Below, in pieces: positions 1 through 11,700 of a stretch of DNA of 64,000 bases. A program made the position numbers and the translations under genes. Below the pieces are notes generated by a model. The model ran no database searches. It saw nothing but the letters and a program-made list of their open reading frames with translations, and had not been told where the DNA came from. This DNA is from Flammeovirgaceae bacterium UBA7330 (GTDB lineage Bacteria; Bacteroidota; Bacteroidia; Cytophagales; Cyclobacteriaceae). Location of the stretch: assembly GCA_002471275.1 (NCBI GenBank), contig DKPQ01000011.1, positions 55,652 to 119,651 on the forward strand, read 5' to 3'. Numbering within the stretch: the first letter of the stretch is position 1; each line of letters begins with the position of its first letter.

Positions 1-1216
1 CGTCAGTGATCAGTCCGTCTTTGATGTTACCCGGAGAAGGGTTCATATCAAAGCCCGACCCAACAGCCTCGGCAGCATTGGAGTAAGCCTCCATCAGGGC
101 GGTGAATTTTTTAGCCAGCTCTTTACTTTTCATTCGGTTGATCAGCTCCTGCTCAACTCCGCACAGCTCAGGAAATTCTGACAACATCACTTTACCACCC
201 AGAGCAGATACGAGGTCTGCACAATAGCCCACAGTTGGGTTGGCAGAGATTCCTGAAAACCCATCAGACCCACCACACTCCAGTCCAATAGTTAGCTTGC
301 TCAGTGGTGCAGGCTTTCTGGCGATCTTATTAGCCTCGGTCATCCCCTTGAAGGTCTGCTTGATGGCCTTAGAAATCAAGTCATTTTCAGTGCCCGTACC
401 CTGCTGGTCAAGGATGATCACTGGCTTGTCCTGGTTAGGGTTAATTTCTTTGATGGCCTGAGTGAGCGTCTTTACCTCTGCATTCTGACAGCCCAGGCTC
501 AATACTGTAGCTCCTGCCACGTTAGGGTTGTTGACATAGCCGGCAAATAGCCTGCACAGTGATTCGGAGTCTTGTCGGGTGCCACCGCATCCGGACTGAT
601 GCGTGATGAACCTGATCTTTACGTTTTCAAAAACACCCTGGTTCGTCTTAGGCTGAACACTCTCTAGCGTGACTGTATCCAACGCTGTGTCCAGTGAGTT
701 TTGTTGATAATGATTCACCAGGGAGCTAACCATACTTTCATATGGGTTGTTATCCTCATATCCCAGGGCTTTTTCGAAAGCACTTTTCAGCACATTCACA
801 TTTCGGTTTTCACAAAAAACCAGCGGAAATACCAACCAGATATTGTCAGTACCTACCTGCCCATCTGACCGGTGGTACCCCATGAAAGTGCGGTCTTCGA
901 ATTTTGAGACATCCGGAGCCTGCCACTCATATTTGGTTTGCTTGTTCAGGTCATAACCTGAAGTCATGTGGATCACATTGGAGGTAGTGATTGCTTCACC
1001 TTTTCCAATGGGTTGATTGGCAGTACCCACTACCAAGCCGTACATGGTGAGTTTGGCGCCCTTGTCGAAATCAAATAACGCAAACTTGTGTTTCGCAGGA
1101 ATGTTGTGTACCAACTTGACCTTGATGTCATTGACAGTCACGTCGGTGCCTGCTTTAAGGTCTGTGAGGGCAACGGCTAGGTTGTCCGTTTCATTTATAG
1201 TAATAGCCTGGATCAT
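1..1216 (-). CDS. uxaA: Altronate dehydratase (UxaA-type hydrolyase), 3' end outside window
   Basis: My own minus-strand translation from the ATG (cat at 1214-1216) gives MIQAITINETDNLAVALTDLKAGTDV (SAF-like N-terminus), then FITHQSGCGGTRQD and GLECGGSDGFSG. The frame stays open to the left edge, so it is absent from the ORF track. It lies 5 nt downstream of the uxaB-like gene. Confidence 0.8.
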   Translation of the reverse strand, partial: MIQAITINETDNLAVALTDLKAGTDVTVNDIKVKLVHNIPAKHKFALFDFDKGAKLTMYGLVVGTANQPIGKGEAITTSNVIHMTSGYDLNKQTKYEWQAPDVSKFEDRTFMGYHRSDGQVGTDNIWLVFPLVFCENRNVNVLKSAFEKALGYEDNNPYESMVSSLVNHYQQNSLDTALDTVTLESVQPKTNQGVFENVKIRFITHQSGCGGTRQDSESLCRLFAGYVNNPNVAGATVLSLGCQNAEVKTLTQAIKEINPNQDKPVIILDQQGTGTENDLISKAIKQTFKGMTEANKIARKPAPLSKLTIGLECGGSDGFSGISANPTVGYCADLVSALGGKVMLSEFPELCGVEQELINRMKSKELAKKFTALMEAYSNAAEAVGSGFDMNPSPGNIKDGLITD

Positions 1217-1221
1217 GTTTT

Positions 1222-2655
1222 TTAGAGGGATTTGATTGATGTTAAAACACCTTTTGATTCAATTTCATTCATAAAGTTGGTAACCATCGCTTTACAGTCA
1301 CCCAGTTTGGAGAGGTCTTCACCCCAAAAGGATTTATTTGAAAGCACCTGGCTGGCCACATCTGTATTGGACGGTCTGTTTGCTTTTAGCTGCTTAAAAT
1401 ATGCTTCGATATCTTTATCATCGTTGATTTGAAAATCATCAGACAGGTAAAGCTCTATCAGACAAGCCAGCGCAAAGATAAATCGCTTCGGTAAGGTTCC
1501 GTTGATGCGGTAGTAATCTTTTACCGTAGGAAGTATCCTGACCTTGTATTTGGAAACCGAGTTTAGGGCAATGCTTTTCAACTCATGGCGGATGAATGGG
1601 TTTTTGAAACGCTCAAGAACCTCATCTGCAAACTGCTTCACTTCATTCACCGGTAGATTGATGGTCTGGACGATTTCGTCGTACATGGTCTGAAGGATAA
1701 ATGGACCCACCACATCATCTTCTACATTTTCCCGCACAGTTTCTTTCCCTGCCAGCAGCCCAACAGGTACCATCGCTGTATGAGAGCCATTAAGGATCCT
1801 TACTTTTTGAGTACGATATGGGGTGAGATCTTTAACAAATTTGATGTTTAGACCAATATCTTCAAGGCCATCAGGAAACGCAGCTTTGATTTCAGCAGGG
1901 CCTTCAATCACCCACAGGTGAAAGACTTCAGAAGCCACTACCAGCTGATCTTCGTATCCGATTTTCTGCTGGATTTCTTTGATTTCATCTTTTGGATAAC
2001 CGGGTACAATCCGGTCAACAAGTGTATTGGCAAAATAGCAGTGGTCTTCCAGCCAATCTTTAAAGCCTGATTCATACTTCCATAAATCAGCATAAGCCAA
2101 CATGGCCGTTTTGAGGTTTTCCCCATTCTTTTCAATGAGCTCACATGGAATGAAAATTAATCCGGAACCCGATGATCCACTGAAATGATCGTAACGTGCC
2201 TTTACCAGCTGAGTGAGCTTGCCTGGAAATGTTTTTGCCAACTCATTTGCTCCAGGCTGATCGTTTTCCTGAAAGGTAATCCCCGCTTCTGTTGTGTTGG
2301 ATACGATGAACTGAAGATTGTCATTCAGCGCCTGTTCCATATAAGCCTGGAAATCAGTAAAAGGGTTGATGAGCTGTTGGATGGAGGAATTGAGACGAAT
2401 ATCATTGATCCGTTTTCCTTTTTGAATACCACGGACCATGTGGTGATAAAGTCCATCCTGTTTTTGGATCATGTCAACCATTCCGTGCTCGATGGGCTGA
2501 ACAACCGCGACCCCTGCATTAAACTGTTTCTTTTCATTCAGGACATCTATGGCCCAGTCAACAAACGCCCGGAGAAAATTACCTTCTCCAAATTGTAAAA
2601 CTTTGATAGGAAGGTTGGCCTGGATGTTGACCGTGTCTCTGGTTAATGCTTTCAT
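1222..2655 (-). CDS. uxaB: Tagaturonate reductase / altronate oxidoreductase (mannitol dehydrogenase family)
   Basis: 477 aa. The N-terminus LPIKVLQFGEGNFLRAFVDWAID is typical of long-chain mannitol dehydrogenase-family UxaB. It is immediately upstream of uxaA on the same strand. Confidence 0.8.
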   Translation of the reverse strand: MKALTRDTVNIQANLPIKVLQFGEGNFLRAFVDWAIDVLNEKKQFNAGVAVVQPIEHGMVDMIQKQDGLYHHMVRGIQKGKRINDIRLNSSIQQLINPFTDFQAYMEQALNDNLQFIVSNTTEAGITFQENDQPGANELAKTFPGKLTQLVKARYDHFSGSSGSGLIFIPCELIEKNGENLKTAMLAYADLWKYESGFKDWLEDHCYFANTLVDRIVPGYPKDEIKEIQQKIGYEDQLVVASEVFHLWVIEGPAEIKAAFPDGLEDIGLNIKFVKDLTPYRTQKVRILNGSHTAMVPVGLLAGKETVRENVEDDVVGPFILQTMYDEIVQTINLPVNEVKQFADEVLERFKNPFIRHELKSIALNSVSKYKVRILPTVKDYYRINGTLPKRFIFALACLIELYLSDDFQINDDKDIEAYFKQLKANRPSNTDVASQVLSNKSFWGEDLSKLGDCKAMVTNFMNEIESKGVLTSIKSL

Positions 2656-2831
2656 AGAGGAGGTTTAAAATGCTTTTGGACCCGCAATTTATTCAATTTA
2701 AATGTTAAGAGGAATGAATGCGGAAATTGTTGATCCCGGGAATTATTAAATCGGAACCGTCATTTAACCAAAGTTTCGGCTGCTATATGGCTTTTAGAGC
2801 AAAATATCTTTTGTAGGGCAAAGGTTTGCTC

Positions 2832-3527
2832 CTAAACAAGCTCCGGAGTCAGCTCCGGGGAAGCAATGTATTCTATAGGGTGGTAAGTATAGCTAAATCC
2901 ATCTTTCCTGGATATAGGTACCTGTGCCCTTACCTGTTGTAAAAAATCAACCGGGTCATTTTGGATTTTTGTCAACAGAGAATTGAAACTTTTAGCGATT
3001 GGCTTGAGGTAGTTCAACTCTGGGTCCATGGTCAGGTAAAATATTGATCCTGCATTTTCACCGTCGAGAAAAGTAGTAAGACATGTAGGGCTACTCCCGC
3101 AAACAAGTGCAAAGACAACCCATCGGTCTTTCGATCTGTAAATCTTTCTCGCTTTATGAAGATCAATAACATGTGCCAGCTTTCCTCCGGGTTGGTACAG
3201 TTCTGTGATTTTTTCAATCCTTTCCGGCTTTAGAAAATGCACCAGAGGCGTACTTTCACAAGACCATGGCTTTCGGGGAATAAATAACCTGGCTTCATTT
3301 ATCCAGGTGTAGAAGGTTTTTAGTTCACTGGTATCGTCTTGCTGGTCCAGCCATTTGATGCCAGAAAGATCTTTGGGCTTGCCGAGTAACCTGATCCCAT
3401 TTCTGATAGATACATTAATTGGATCCTCAATCACATCTCCCTCTTCATAAGCTACTTTGAGGATTGGCTTTGGTTGAGTAAAAAAACGTACAAAATCTCC
3501 CAGAACTTGCATCATAGAATTTGTCAT
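2832..3527 (-). CDS. Hypothetical protein
   Basis: Clean 231 aa ORF with no signal peptide and no motif I recognise confidently. A vague SUKH/SMI1-like impression is not supportable. Confidence 0.5.
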   Translation of the reverse strand: MTNSMMQVLGDFVRFFTQPKPILKVAYEEGDVIEDPINVSIRNGIRLLGKPKDLSGIKWLDQQDDTSELKTFYTWINEARLFIPRKPWSCESTPLVHFLKPERIEKITELYQPGGKLAHVIDLHKARKIYRSKDRWVVFALVCGSSPTCLTTFLDGENAGSIFYLTMDPELNYLKPIAKSFNSLLTKIQNDPVDFLQQVRAQVPISRKDGFSYTYHPIEYIASPELTPELV

Positions 3528-3668
3528 TTGGATTAACGGTAAACACAGGGCAAAAGGATTTCTCTGGGTGGTTTTTAAGGTTGCCCTTTGTGCAATATAT
3601 TAAAATTTTGGCATTATTCAATGAATAAATATAATAAAACGCACTGAATACTAGATAGGGCAGAAAAC

Positions 3669-4394
3669 TCAAGGTTCTGTATTGTATAACACGGGCATTT
3701 GTCCCTGCCATTCATTCCATAAATCAGCATCTGTCACCAATCGTGCCATAAAATTCCCAACATTGATGCGGCTGGTTTTACCAGCATTGAAAAGTGGACT
3801 CCTGATAGGCGACCTGTAGACTTCATAACTGGTTACCTCATCTTCATCAATTAGGCTATCCGGGCGGACAACCACCCATGCTATTTGTGGATCTTGTTGC
3901 CCAATCTTTTGCCTGAGATACTCCGCTGCTTGCTCGTTGTCCGGGTGAGGTGGTACCAACCACCTGAGTAAAGTAGTGACAAGTCGCTCTCCGAGCGAGT
4001 AAGATTCATTTAGGTCTCTGTTTCTGTTACCAGCAGTGTTCATTAATACAACCCTGGTTGGAGGGGAAGCAGCATTTTTTCGGATGGCGCGGCAAACAAG
4101 CTCGATGGCTTCAGTCACCAGTTTTCGTGGTTTCCCATAGATACCTTTCAGGTCTGGATGATGGCCGAGACATGAAGCCACCGCCTGACAATCTAAGAGA
4201 TGTTCAGCCATTTCATTCACTGATAATTCAGAAACGCTTGCTTGTATGATGATGACGTTTTTGTTCCTAAGCCATGCTTCGGGCAGTCTGTCGGGGGCGC
4301 GAACAATAATCTTTATTTTTTGACTTTTAAGTAGAAGTTGCTCCACAAGCTTTCGGCCCGTTGCTCCACTTGCTCCCAGTACTAATGTTGTCAT
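3669..4394 (-). CDS. NAD(P)H-binding protein (atypical SDR / NmrA-like)
   Basis: N-terminal Rossmann motif MTTLVLGASGATGRKLVEQLL. 241 aa. Confidence 0.75.
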   Translation of the reverse strand: MTTLVLGASGATGRKLVEQLLLKSQKIKIIVRAPDRLPEAWLRNKNVIIIQASVSELSVNEMAEHLLDCQAVASCLGHHPDLKGIYGKPRKLVTEAIELVCRAIRKNAASPPTRVVLMNTAGNRNRDLNESYSLGERLVTTLLRWLVPPHPDNEQAAEYLRQKIGQQDPQIAWVVVRPDSLIDEDEVTSYEVYRSPIRSPLFNAGKTSRINVGNFMARLVTDADLWNEWQGQMPVLYNTEP

Positions 4395-4468
4395 TTTGTT
4401 TGATTGAGTATTCGAGAAAATTATTTGAAGTCAGGTTTACTTCACTAAGGTTAATGGTGTTCTCATGA

Positions 4469-4906
4469 TTAGCTCAATTGATTTTTGATATTAGGGTTGA
4501 TCATTTGTAGGGCTTTAATAAAACCATTTATGTCTTTTGGAGATAAAATTACACTGTCCAGATGGCCATACTTAAGTTCAATCCGACGAATGGAGGGTGC
4601 CGGACTAGATTTATACTTGTGCGTTTTGCTAATTGATTTGATACTGGATATATCAACCTTAGAATTTAGTATAATCCCACAACGGACCTCCAGCTCATTT
4701 TTATCATTGATTTTATAAGTAGAGCCAAAGAAAATACTTAAAGTAAAAGCAATAATCGGAAGCATAATAGCGATCTGAACAATCACTGCGATGAGTGGTG
4801 CCCCATTGAATATGGGGATGGCAAGCACGGCAATCAATATTAGCAAGACAGGTATAAATATTTCATATCCGATTCTAGCTTTGAATGTTTGCAACATAGC
4901 CCCCAT
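4469..4906 (-). CDS. Membrane protein with bacterial PH-like domain
   Basis: 145 aa. Two hydrophobic helices at the N-terminus are followed by a small soluble domain (RRIELKYGHLDSVILSPKD) resembling bPH-type domains. Confidence 0.5.
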   Translation of the reverse strand: MGAMLQTFKARIGYEIFIPVLLILIAVLAIPIFNGAPLIAVIVQIAIMLPIIAFTLSIFFGSTYKINDKNELEVRCGIILNSKVDISSIKSISKTHKYKSSPAPSIRRIELKYGHLDSVILSPKDINGFIKALQMINPNIKNQLS

Positions 4907-4998
4907 GATAGGTGTAAGCTAGATGTTTTTGCTCACAATACAGTTATGATTAAAGATAAATTTCTTATGAAAGCTACATGGTCTTGTGAAGGATCATT

Positions 4999-7824
4999 TT
5001 ACCGCGACACCATAATTCTTACCCCTTCGGATCGGTTTTGATATCCAATGCGGCAGAAGTACATCCCATTCCTTACTTTGGAACCTGCAGTGTTGGTTGC
5101 ATCCCAGGTAAGGATGTTTTCCCCGGCATATTGGGAGCCCCAGAGAATGGTCTTTACAAGCTGTCCGGATGCACTTAGTATGTCAGCTCTTACAATACCA
5201 TCATCGGGCAGTTGATATCTGATCGTTGTAAAGTCCTGCATGGGGTTGGGGTATGCATTCAGGATGCCAAATCCAGTACCCGGATCCGGTCTTTCGATCA
5301 CTTTGTGGTCATCAATAAGTACTTCATAGACCCCAGTGCCATGGGTGCCGATGACCAGCCGGCCATCCAGGTGACGGTAGTTCAATGAGTTTACCACTGC
5401 CCGACCGATGACTTCAGGACTTTCTTTCACCCATTGCGTATTGAGGCCATCTACCTTTGTTGTGCTAAAAAGTCCAACACTGGTACCTACAAATACCATC
5501 TGACCGGAAAGTGTAGGGACGATCTCGGCCCATCGGATGCTGGGACCGTCACCACTACCATCAGATTGCTCTTCCAGGTTACCACTAATATCTTCGAAGG
5601 TTTCGCCACCGTCAAAGCTTTCAAAGAGGGAGGGCACAAGGTAATTGGTGATGGCAACAATCAAATGATCCGGATCTTCAGGATCCAGAGCAATACAGCC
5701 AATATGGGAACCAGGCACAAAAGCATCCGTATTGAGGAATTCAACCTGCTCATCAAACTCTTCCGAAGCCTGGTCGATTCTAACAAAGTATGTTTCGGGG
5801 TTTTCTGATAATAACCATCCTGCTGCATACACACGATCTATACCGGGGACTGCCGGTTTTGCTATAGCTGTATAGACACCCGCCGACAACTCACTGTCCT
5901 CGATGGTTTCCCAGTTGATTGATGTTGGGTCCTGTTTTCCTCCGGGGATCTGCACCAGGTTGTTGTTTCTCCAAATCACATTTCCACCAGCCAGAAACAT
6001 TCTGTTGTTGTTCATGGGGTCCAGGATATAGGGATTGATGAATAAATACTCCTGGTCATCCTCTTCGCCACCACCAGCAGGATCTACCCTGGCATACGAT
6101 GTGAGGTTGTTTTCTCCATTCAGTGTCATCCGGTAGATCTGACTTTTTTGAATCGAGGCATAGTAGAAATTTCTTCCATTGCTTATATAGGAAAAGCCAC
6201 CATCACCACCCAGGATCCTGGTCCAGGGTGAGTTCTCAATGGGGGCATTTTTCACGTAGACTCCATTGTCCTGCATGCCACCCACTATCACGTGAGATGC
6301 CTCGTCCGGCTGCTGGCTCACCTGGTAAAACTGGCTGGTAACAAAGCCATTGTTCAGGCTGCTCCACATGACAGAGTCTGCCCGATTGTTTTGTGTAAGT
6401 CGGATACCTCCATCATTGAAGCTGAGCATCCGGTTGTGGTTTGAGGGATAGTAGATGATCAGGTGCTGGTCCGGATGATGATTGGGATACCTGGATGCGT
6501 CATTATCGGGAGAATACCCGCCAATCCATTTGGTATTGTTGGTGGAAGTGAATCCGTCTGTAGATCGATACAGGTTTGTTCCTCCAACATATACGATGTT
6601 AGGATCATCGGGGTGGACACTAACGACCATGTTGTAAGAAGATTGACTGTCAAAGTCGCCCACCTGTCCGCCTAACATTGGAATGTTATTACTTAAGTCT
6701 GCCCAGGAACCAATGGGAGATTGTCCATTTACTCCTGTGATCTCAAGTCTCATGAGGCTTACAATTTGGTCGCTTTGTCCCTGAGCGAGGAAATAAATGA
6801 TGTTGCCTGAAGAACCGATCACTGTACGTTCTGCGATAAGCACTTTCGGTAACGGGGTGATTTCCGTCCAGTTTTCTCCATCTACAGAAAAATAGATACC
6901 TGACTTGCTGTACCTATCATTGCCTGAGCAATTGTTTTGACTGAGTGTGGCTAAATAGTATCCTTCACTGGTTTGGTGTATGTTGGTGTAGCAGGGCGCA
7001 TTGACCAAATTGAGATCAACCGTGTCAGGTAAGTTGAAGAGCTCTTCACCGAGCACGGCGTTCCAGCTATCCCCACCATCCTGTGAGCGAAGAATACCTC
7101 CAAAAGAAGCCAGAAACACTTCATCCACATCAGAGCGGTAGGGGTTGGCTACGAGTGCCCAGTTGTATTGAAACTGACTCCCAAAGCGACTTTCTTCTGA
7201 GTCGTTTGTCGATGCTAGCTGAAACCATGTATTTCCCCCATCGGTAGATTTAAAGACTCCATCACCTCGAAAAGGGGCACTCAAGCTTCGGGGACTATTG
7301 CCTACCAACTCTCCTGTGCCAAAATAGAGAATATCTTCCTTTCCGGGCCGGGTATCCTGGGTCATACAGGTGACGCTGCTGGAAGCATTTGGGTCATTGG
7401 TCTGAACCCAGGAGTTTCCTCCATCCGTGGTTTTCCATACACCACCGGAAACACCACCGGCGATGATCACATTTTCATTCCTGATATCCAGTACCGCCGC
7501 GCGTGTTCTACCACCCACATTGAAGGGACCGGAAAGTCTATAGGCTCTTTCCTCAACCCGGGCTCCATTCACAAACATGTTTCGGCGTTCCGGAATCTGC
7601 TTTTGAAATGCCAGTTCTAGCTTTCTCATTCCGGGTGGAATTTGAAGCGTGCGTGGATCTACCAGCTTTTGGTATTCATATTCAAACCGGGCAATGGGGT
7701 TTTCCCTGGAGCCGACAGATTTTCTGAAGTCAAGCTTAAGTCGATAATTGAGTGACTCTGGCAGCCTGGAAGAAGGCTGGATAATGATCAGAAGGACAAT
7801 AAAGACGAGTAAACTTCTGATCAA
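4999..7824 (-). CDS. BNR/Asp-box repeat (sortilin/VPS10- or GH74-like) beta-propeller protein with T9SS type A C-terminal sorting domain
   Basis: Repeated Asp-boxes: KTTDGGNSW, KSTDGGNTW, RSQDGGDSW, ESFDGGETF. The C-terminus is Por_Secre_tail-like (NAYPNPMQDFTTIRYQL...GMYFCRIGYQN...RIMV). Hydrophobic N-terminus. Only a TTG start (7822-7824) is available, 2 nt after the upstream stop. Confidence 0.75.
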   Translation of the reverse strand: MIRSLLVFIVLLIIIQPSSRLPESLNYRLKLDFRKSVGSRENPIARFEYEYQKLVDPRTLQIPPGMRKLELAFQKQIPERRNMFVNGARVEERAYRLSGPFNVGGRTRAAVLDIRNENVIIAGGVSGGVWKTTDGGNSWVQTNDPNASSSVTCMTQDTRPGKEDILYFGTGELVGNSPRSLSAPFRGDGVFKSTDGGNTWFQLASTNDSEESRFGSQFQYNWALVANPYRSDVDEVFLASFGGILRSQDGGDSWNAVLGEELFNLPDTVDLNLVNAPCYTNIHQTSEGYYLATLSQNNCSGNDRYSKSGIYFSVDGENWTEITPLPKVLIAERTVIGSSGNIIYFLAQGQSDQIVSLMRLEITGVNGQSPIGSWADLSNNIPMLGGQVGDFDSQSSYNMVVSVHPDDPNIVYVGGTNLYRSTDGFTSTNNTKWIGGYSPDNDASRYPNHHPDQHLIIYYPSNHNRMLSFNDGGIRLTQNNRADSVMWSSLNNGFVTSQFYQVSQQPDEASHVIVGGMQDNGVYVKNAPIENSPWTRILGGDGGFSYISNGRNFYYASIQKSQIYRMTLNGENNLTSYARVDPAGGGEEDDQEYLFINPYILDPMNNNRMFLAGGNVIWRNNNLVQIPGGKQDPTSINWETIEDSELSAGVYTAIAKPAVPGIDRVYAAGWLLSENPETYFVRIDQASEEFDEQVEFLNTDAFVPGSHIGCIALDPEDPDHLIVAITNYLVPSLFESFDGGETFEDISGNLEEQSDGSGDGPSIRWAEIVPTLSGQMVFVGTSVGLFSTTKVDGLNTQWVKESPEVIGRAVVNSLNYRHLDGRLVIGTHGTGVYEVLIDDHKVIERPDPGTGFGILNAYPNPMQDFTTIRYQLPDDGIVRADILSASGQLVKTILWGSQYAGENILTWDATNTAGSKVRNGMYFCRIGYQNRSEGVRIMVSR

Positions 7825-7826
7825 TT

Positions 7827-8198
7827 CTATTCGATAACCGTATTGATCTTATTGATCTTACCTTCCAGCAAAGGTGCAGTAACCGCCCCTTTTCCATCAT
7901 TGTTTTTGTCACCCTTTCGTGCATCAATAAAATAAGATACGGGTTCCAGGTCAGTAAAAGTTACCCTTCCTTTTTTGTCCGTTTTCATACTCTGAACAGG
8001 ATTCTTATTGCTCCTGTAGTCTGCCTCATTTTTGTAAAGGGTAATGGTAGCACCTTCCACAATATTGCCTAATTCATCAAGCACTGTTACGCGCAACTTG
8101 GTTGGTAGGAAATCTGCATGGGCATGGAACGAAGCAATTGTCAGTCCGATGAAGATCAGACCCACAAACAGGGTTGTTATTCTTTTCATATTATTCAT
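7827..8198 (-). CDS. Secreted carboxypeptidase-regulatory-like (prealbumin fold) domain protein
   Basis: Signal peptide (ITTLFVGLIFIGLTIASFHAHA), then LRVTVLDELGNIVEGATITLY...TDKKGRVTFTDLEPVSY. An alternative ATG at 8189 would remove the 8 nt overlap with the upstream gene. Confidence 0.55.
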   Translation of the reverse strand: MNNMKRITTLFVGLIFIGLTIASFHAHADFLPTKLRVTVLDELGNIVEGATITLYKNEADYRSNKNPVQSMKTDKKGRVTFTDLEPVSYFIDARKGDKNNDGKGAVTAPLLEGKINKINTVIE

Positions 8199-8784
8199 TA
8201 ATTAAATCCTGAAACAAATATTCGGCTAATTTGTCAAATTCTAGTGCCTTCTGATATTTTCTGTCGCTATAAATATTAGCTGTGTATTTTACATAACTTG
8301 GCACATCATCAATAGCGATATATTCTATCAGGATATTTCCATATTGCTGATCGATGATTTTTTCATTACCTACGCGAGGTTTGAGGTAATGTTTCTCTTT
8401 TGACTCAATAACACCATTTTTTTCTACTACCGTCAGGTCACTGTTCGCGAGTTTATAGTCCAGGGATCTTGTTCGCTCAGATAACCAATCAAAGAGAAAT
8501 TTGAAGTCGATAGTGCCAATGTCTTCGTGATAGGATATGGCAAAACCATTGGCATGCTGCGAAATGAGAAGATGAATGGAGGGTAGCTTATCGATGGCTT
8601 GTTGCTTAAGTACATAGGAGCTGTACACATCTTTGGCCAATTCCTTGAAATCATCTGACTGTATGCGCTCGTTGTAGGCATTCAGGTACTTTTCACTCCT
8701 GTCTATGACTTCATGTACCAGGATTTTGGGTCCTTTGGATTGCTTTCCAAACAATTGCCTGTATACCTGATCAAAGTAAGACAT
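8191..8784 (-). CDS. Hypothetical cytoplasmic protein, operon member
   Basis: 197 aa ORF with no signal peptide and no recognisable motif. It is packed 1 nt after the giant adhesin gene and overlaps the next gene. Confidence 0.5.
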   Translation of the reverse strand: MSYFDQVYRQLFGKQSKGPKILVHEVIDRSEKYLNAYNERIQSDDFKELAKDVYSSYVLKQQAIDKLPSIHLLISQHANGFAISYHEDIGTIDFKFLFDWLSERTRSLDYKLANSDLTVVEKNGVIESKEKHYLKPRVGNEKIIDQQYGNILIEYIAIDDVPSYVKYTANIYSDRKYQKALEFDKLAEYLFQDLINE

Positions 8785-8785
8785 G

Positions 8786-11700
8786 CTATCGTATTAGGGT
8801 GATAGATCCGTATTGTTCTTGTTCCTGTCCCGGGGCCAGAGAGCTGGTAAACTTCATGATGTACGCATATGTTCCGGGAGGCGAAAGCGCATCACCAAAG
8901 TAACCGTTCCATCGAAAATTCTTGTCTTCTGATCTAAAGATCAGCTGGCCCCACCGGTTGTAGATATAGATCTCGAAGGATTCTACAAAGTCATTGGGGA
9001 AGACAAAGAACTCTTCGTTCATCGCATTTCCATTTGGACTAAAGGCATTGGGAGCAAAAATAGTCAGCAAACATTCGGTAGATATGGTCAATGTTACGGT
9101 ATCGGTCTGTAAACAGAAGGGGGCATTTACTTCCCTTGCCTCTACAAAGTATCTTCCGGTATCCAAACCTGTCACGAAGATATTGGTTGAAGTGGAAACA
9201 TTGCTTTGACTAAAGACATTGATCCCCGAAGAATTAAAAACGTTGATATTTACGGCACTAGGCACCACATTTCGAAATCCTATACTTATTTCAGCATCAC
9301 TGGAGCACCTGTTGATGGCCAATGCATCCATATCAAAAGGCGCGTCATCTTCTACCTGGACCACATTCACGGAGTTACATCCGGTCACCGTGTTGGTCAC
9401 ATTCAAAGAATAGCTTCCGGAAGAAAGCCCCGTCAACAACGGAGGAGTTCCGGGTCCATCAAAGGCAAAAGGACCTTGTGAAACCGGACCATTGATGGTA
9501 TAGGTGAATGACCCTGGTGTACTGATGGAAAAATCTATGGTACCATCGGCATTTCCGCAAGTGGAGGGAGTGATCGAATTGGTGGTGATGGATGCTTCCG
9601 GCTGAATAGTTATGGTGACACTGTCTTGTCCCAAACAGCCAGAAAACGGATCAATGATATCCACGCTGTACACAAACGTTCCGGCGATCTGTGTATTTAC
9701 GGATTGTGTTTCATTGGTCCCAACTTCGATACCATCGACGTACCAGGTGAAATCGGCTCCCGCGTTGCCTACACTTAAATCCGGCACGGTATCGCGCTGG
9801 CAGAAGGACCGGTCTGCCCCCAGCTCCAGGTTGGGTCGCCCATCGCCAATAAAGACCGTGACAGTGTCGGAGGCGCAGCCATCCGTATTGGAAATGGCCA
9901 CATCCACGATGGCTGGTGCAGTAAAGGTTACTGATCTGGTGGTATCACCCGTTGACCAGTAATATCTCAGGTCCGGACGGTCTACATCCCAGGCATTGAG
10001 CGTGAGGCTACCGCCGCACAGTGCAGTGTCGGAAGGAACCATGGGAAGCTCAGGTATGGTATAAACCGTGATGGTATCCGTGAAGATGGAGTCTACATCA
10101 CATCGGTTTCTCAAAGTCAGCGTAACAATGTATGTGGTATCATTTGTATAAATGTGTGTGGTGTCCGGATCGGTGGAAAAATCCGTTCCGGTACCATCTC
10201 CGAAGTCCCATGCATACGTCTCTATGTAAGGGTCTCGGCCAGCAGCAGTAAATGTTGTTGCCTGGCCTACACACGCTGTAGTGATACTCATACCGGGAGG
10301 AGGAGGCGTCGTTCCCTGAAACTGCACGAAGTTGGGCAAGCCCAGTCGGCTAATCCGTCCGGCTAAATTAAAGCCGTTGGCAACGACCGATGCACCGTTG
10401 TCATTCCCATCGGGTGTTTGAATGGTAAGCAGGTCCGGGTTATTATCAATCGCACCATAGATCACCCCATCAGGACCAGTCTGGAGGGCTCCCAATACAC
10501 CTCCCTGGCCACCATAGTCAAACTTGGACGCTTCAATATCTGCAACTTCAGTAGGTGTTCCCAGGCTGTCCAGGTCAAACTGCATCAACTTGGAGCCACC
10601 GCCAATGGTGGAGATGTACATCCGGTTTCCACCGGCTGAGATTTCAATGCCATATGCCTGATTAGCGACCGGTTCACCGATATCAATGGTGCGCCCGTTT
10701 GTAATAACTCCCGTTGCAAAATCATAGTCACATATTTCTACTCCATTTGACGAGCTGCTTCCACTGGCTGTGGCGATGATGCCGGCAGCAGGGGAAAGTT
10801 TCATGTATCCACGACCTGTAAGCGGATCCTGATAAGGGTCATTTTCTCCGGCTACTGACCAAATCGGGGCAGAGATGCCTTCGGCGATAATCTGATAGGC
10901 CCGGAATACATTGTTTCCAAATTCATGTGAGATCACTAAACTATTGGCAGTGAATCCAGAAGCAGTCAAGCGTTCGGTAATATCGTTTGCCAGCACATTG
11001 TTTTTACTGATGACTTCACCACGAGCAGTATCACCTTTCATATCCACGATGGAATATTTTAGCTGGTATTCAAAGTCGCCATACACTTCTTCGGTGGTGA
11101 AGATCCAATAGAGTGTAGCATCGTCAGCAAAGGGAACAATAATTGCGGATTGCGCAGACGTATTCTCTCCACCTATGTTCGTCCCATTGAACATCACGTT
11201 GTGTTCTTTATTCCAGACCGTGACACCATCTGTATAGAAGAGCAACTGACCGCCAATATCCGATATCGTCGCACATCCTTCGGGCGAGAACATCATGTTG
11301 GCATCTGCGAGCGGGGTAGGGGGCGTCGTATTGAAATCTATCCCGGCCATCTCTCCAAAGTACCACTGATTGGCAACCTGGTTGGCAACTCCGTATTCTG
11401 TCACGACAATGTCATCTACCACCGTACACCCATTGGGTCCGGTTACCTCCACCCAATACGTTCCAGCTGTATCTATGGTGATGATTTGGGAGGTTTCACC
11501 GGTACTCCAGATATACCTTAAACCACCTGCCCCGGCGTCCAGGTCCAGTGTCTCGTCCACACATATGGTGGTGTCATTACCCAGGTCTACCGTGAAGGTG
11601 CTATCGGGAATGTCGATAGGTAAGACGATCCGGTCGGATCTTCCATTGAGCTCTACTGTAAGCGAAACAAAGCTCCCGCCGGCAGCCTGAAAAGCATAAA

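Noticed and set aside
2832-3527. SUKH/SMI1-KNR4 immunity-protein call for the 231 aa ORF
   Set aside because: This was only a vague resemblance. There is no adjacent toxin gene and no motif I can point to, so it is left as hypothetical.
3445-3711. 88 aa ORF spanning the 3528-3668 intergenic region
   Set aside because: It overlaps the starts or ends of both flanking genes, and its sequence is low-complexity and AT-driven.
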